Of a stretch of 64,000 nt of DNA, positions 61,071-64,000 are shown in pieces (position 1 is the stretch's first letter; every line of letters begins with the position of its first letter). Source of the stretch: Tubiluchus corallicola (lineage: Eukaryota > Animalia > Priapulida); the NCBI GenBank assembly GCA_030141605.1, contig JAQGDQ010000036.1, positions 496,001 through 560,000 of the forward strand, in the 5' to 3' direction. The notes under the pieces were generated by a model that worked only from the letters and a program-made list of their open reading frames with translations, ran no database searches and was not told where the DNA came from. Both the position numbers and the translations under genes were made by a program.

Positions 61071-63389
61071 ATGTATAAAAGGAACTTCAGGACATCCAGT
61101 CAGTCACAGTATGTTTGCCGTCCATCAGTATCGCTTGTGCGACAGCTGTCTAATTCACAAACAGGTGGACCATGCTTGAATGCACTTGGTCATCTTCCTC
61201 TGCAAATGCTAGAAGACCTAGATTTAAGGCTTGGGTTACATGGTATTCCACAGCTTATTCATAAAGCTTCACAGCACATGACAATAAGTTGCACAAAAGT
61301 GCAACTAAGCTCGGTTTTGAAAGGTCTCTTGAAGAAGATTTCGCATCAGGATAGCATGCGACACACCTATGGAGGCAATTCAACTCAAGATGATAATATG
61401 AAAGAGTGCTGTGAAATTATTATCGAATATGGTGGCGTGGATGTCATTTTGAGAATTCTGATGGATTCATCATCATTACCTTGGTCAGCAGACATAAATA
61501 GAGAAGACCAAAATGAACTGCCTCTGAAGCATATCTGCTTAGAAATTTTGCGACGACTTTTTCTATTAGATGAAACCTTTCCTAACAAGCTTCCATATTC
61601 ACATGATCTTCTTTGCTACTTGTTCACTTTACTTGTTGACCCTCATACTCAAGTCAGTGCAGCTGCTGTAATAGAATGTATACTGCATTATCACAAAGAG
61701 GTGCTCAATCTAAGTCTCGTACCAAATATAAAGGAGATCATTAAACTAATGGATGACAGTGCTCTTGCAAATCTGTGTCAGATTTTATCAGTTTGTATAT
61801 CAGATCTTGATACATATGAACATAAGTCATCCCTGTACCAGCAGAACAGGCAAAAACGAGCAAAAGGATTTGTTGCCATGAGAGAGGTCAATCAAGAATT
61901 GCTTATGAGCATCCCCAACCTTTTGTCAAGGCTGGTTCACCTTATTCGTTCAACAAAATACGAACCTCGCTATCCTCGAATTGTAAATGAGCTGGATACA
62001 TGGATGCAGTGGATAGATGATGAAGTGTCTGAAGAAGGCGATTCATCTGTTGCTTCTCTTAATCTTGATGAGTTTTTCGGTGACCCAGTTCTTCTGCAAG
62101 AGTCTGAAATTCAAGCTCGACAGCACAGGAGTCTCAAAATGTCTACTACTTTAATTAACAGAGTGGAAGTTTTTTACACGCTAGGGCTATTTTTAGTAGG
62201 TAAACACAGGAAAAAAGTTCAGCGACAGCTAGCGGATTTAAAACTAGTCCCATTTCTGTCAGAAATATTTGATCAGTTTATTTGGAAGGCTAGTGGGAGA
62301 CAGGGTAATAGACGATTGAGAGGACATAATAGCAGCTGTGAGTGCAGTCCTGAAGTAGCTTTAAAGATACAGTTCCTCCGACTTGTTCATAGTTTTTGCG
62401 ACCATTCGGACCATAAACATTTGCTTTTATCATGTATTGAACTGACTGAGCTGAGAAGATTGAATGATTTTTCTGAAAAATTAAAATCGTCAGCAATTGA
62501 TGATGTGGATACATCTCTTATTTGTAGAGGTAGTAAAGGTCTGCTTACCAAGATTGTTGAAGTACTTAAAAAGGAACCTCCAGCCTCAACTTTTAGATTT
62601 TGGCTAGCAAGAGCTGTAGAGAGCTACTTGCGGGGTTCTACTTGTTACGCCGACCAGATATTTTTACTTAGACGTGGTTTGCTGCAACATGTTGCTAATA
62701 ATTTGATAGAGAACGACATCAAACCTAAAGAGATTCTTCAGAGCAGTTTTGACTTATTAGGCGAAATGATCAAGTTTAATCCTGACGCTTTTGAGCAGTT
62801 TGATAAAATAATCAACAACGATCTGAAGTTCAGGAAATTAGTCGAATTGGTAGAACGAAATTTGGTCGATTCCAACATGTTTATTCGGAGCCTTGTTCTT
62901 TCACTGGAGAGGTTTTGCTCTCATGATGAAATGACTGAAGAAGCTGATGTTTATGATGATAAGGCTAGCCGTTTGCTGAAATATGTTGGCAGTTTTCAGT
63001 CTCAGATAAACTTTGTGCAGAAGCTTATTAATGTTATAACAGTTAAATCTCTGACGCAAGAGAATGTCAGCTGTTTAAACACTGCACTTGTTTTCCTAAT
63101 GTTTGCTTATAGACGTGGTGAACTCAATAACTATCTAGAAGCATTGAAAAATCACACCAGGCGGTCTGCAAGCAACAATGGCCTTTTAGCAAACTTCAGG
63201 GAATTGTTGACATTTTGGCAGGACCACTACTTGCACAAGGACAAAGACTGCAGTGCTTTGGAAAGGAGTTCTCGCATCAGCTTTGATCAGTGGAAGCAGA
63301 TGGTGAACATGCTTTTATCTAAAGATCATACACAGGATACATCACTGATTCATCATTTGCCAGAAGATGATTTGCCACGTGGTAACTGA
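61071..63389 (+). CDS. TRPC4AP: Short transient receptor potential channel 4-associated protein (TRUSS; CRL4-DDB1 substrate receptor), 772 aa, uninterrupted CDS
   Basis: Single 2.3-kb ORF with family-diagnostic segments HNSSCECSPEVALKIQFLRLVHSFCDH, KGLLTKIVEVLKKEP...FRFWLARAVESYLRG...DQIFLLRRGLLQH, LQSSFDLLGEMIKFN, NLVDSNMFIRSL, LTQENVSCLNTALVFLM and LLxNFRELLTFWQDHYLHKDKDCSALERSSRISF. ATG 61071 is preferred over 61038 because it directly follows a polypyrimidine-CAG acceptor. AATAAA at 63419-63424. Confidence 0.95.
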   Translation: MYKRNFRTSSQSQYVCRPSVSLVRQLSNSQTGGPCLNALGHLPLQMLEDLDLRLGLHGIPQLIHKASQHMTISCTKVQLSSVLKGLLKKISHQDSMRHTYGGNSTQDDNMKECCEIIIEYGGVDVILRILMDSSSLPWSADINREDQNELPLKHICLEILRRLFLLDETFPNKLPYSHDLLCYLFTLLVDPHTQVSAAAVIECILHYHKEVLNLSLVPNIKEIIKLMDDSALANLCQILSVCISDLDTYEHKSSLYQQNRQKRAKGFVAMREVNQELLMSIPNLLSRLVHLIRSTKYEPRYPRIVNELDTWMQWIDDEVSEEGDSSVASLNLDEFFGDPVLLQESEIQARQHRSLKMSTTLINRVEVFYTLGLFLVGKHRKKVQRQLADLKLVPFLSEIFDQFIWKASGRQGNRRLRGHNSSCECSPEVALKIQFLRLVHSFCDHSDHKHLLLSCIELTELRRLNDFSEKLKSSAIDDVDTSLICRGSKGLLTKIVEVLKKEPPASTFRFWLARAVESYLRGSTCYADQIFLLRRGLLQHVANNLIENDIKPKEILQSSFDLLGEMIKFNPDAFEQFDKIINNDLKFRKLVELVERNLVDSNMFIRSLVLSLERFCSHDEMTEEADVYDDKASRLLKYVGSFQSQINFVQKLINVITVKSLTQENVSCLNTALVFLMFAYRRGELNNYLEALKNHTRRSASNNGLLANFRELLTFWQDHYLHKDKDCSALERSSRISFDQWKQMVNMLLSKDHTQDTSLIHHLPEDDLPRGN

Positions 63390-64000
63390 ATCATCAATCT
63401 TGAAACATACATTGTATGAATAAAAAAACTGACACCATTGCACATTATTTGTACATAACTGTGTAGGCCTGCTAACACTTGTATTCTTTTTTATTTTAAT
63501 CTTTTAAAATCACTGTTAATGTATAACTATAAAATTATGATTTTACAATAGTTCTATAGTGCCTTCTGCAGGTACCAGCTAGCTATACACCATACTGTGT
63601 AACTCAGTGTAGTGGCAAATCATCTTGCAGTGAATGAACTTTATAGATTGATTACCATAGAGTATTGAATTACTTGTCCAATATTCACCTTTGACTTATT
63701 AGCTACACATTTTGTTTCAGCAAACTGTACTATAGATGTGGTCAAAATATATGTTATTATGTTTAAAGTCAATGAGTGTTAATTGATTGTTTGCTCTAAC
63801 TAAAATGAAATGCTGAAATTATGAATGCACTTATTTCATTAATTATTTATTATCTTTCAATTGTCTTGTTTTTAATGTCCCGTGGTAGTTGTCAATCTTT
63901 TGATTGGAATTTTATTGATTGGTAACACTTTTTAGGCCAAATTCACACAGGTATGCTTGGTTGATCATGTTTAAAGTAGTAGGATGTAGTAGGTTTCGAG

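Noticed and set aside
1-64000. CRISPR arrays, operons, rRNA or tRNA genes
   Set aside because: None seen. The DNA is eukaryotic with spliceosomal introns, and no identical-repeat/unique-spacer array or complete tRNA fold was found.

Overview
AT-rich, intron-rich eukaryotic DNA from an invertebrate animal. It is not prokaryotic, so most short ORFs in the supplied track are spurious or are single exons. I reconstructed five protein-coding genes by hand, with consistent splice phases. (1) The last three coding exons of an UNC-93/UNC93A-like MFS transporter (+, 7594-12450), with an unusual ~210-aa C-terminal tail containing 11-mer repeats. (2) Mitochondrial ATP synthase subunit epsilon (-, 3 coding exons, 56 aa). 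(3) ZC3H18 (+, 19 coding exons, ~1025 aa, one GC-AG intron). (4) Mitochondrial insertase OXA1L (-, 9 coding exons, 431 aa). (5) TRPC4AP/TRUSS (+, intronless 772-aa CDS). The last four form two head-to-head pairs. Introns and intergenic DNA hold decayed LINE, pogo/Tigger, MULE-like and MITE-like remnants, microsatellites and short tandem duplications. The most striking unexplained signal is in the ZC3H18 intron after coding exon 6 (about 29700-30000). It is an array of consecutive hairpins whose stems differ in sequence but whose loops share R-U(4-6)-(A)-UCGYG. It lies just upstream of a candidate poison exon and may be an undescribed structured regulatory RNA element. All calls come from reading the sequence and recalling known families; no searches or folding programs were run.
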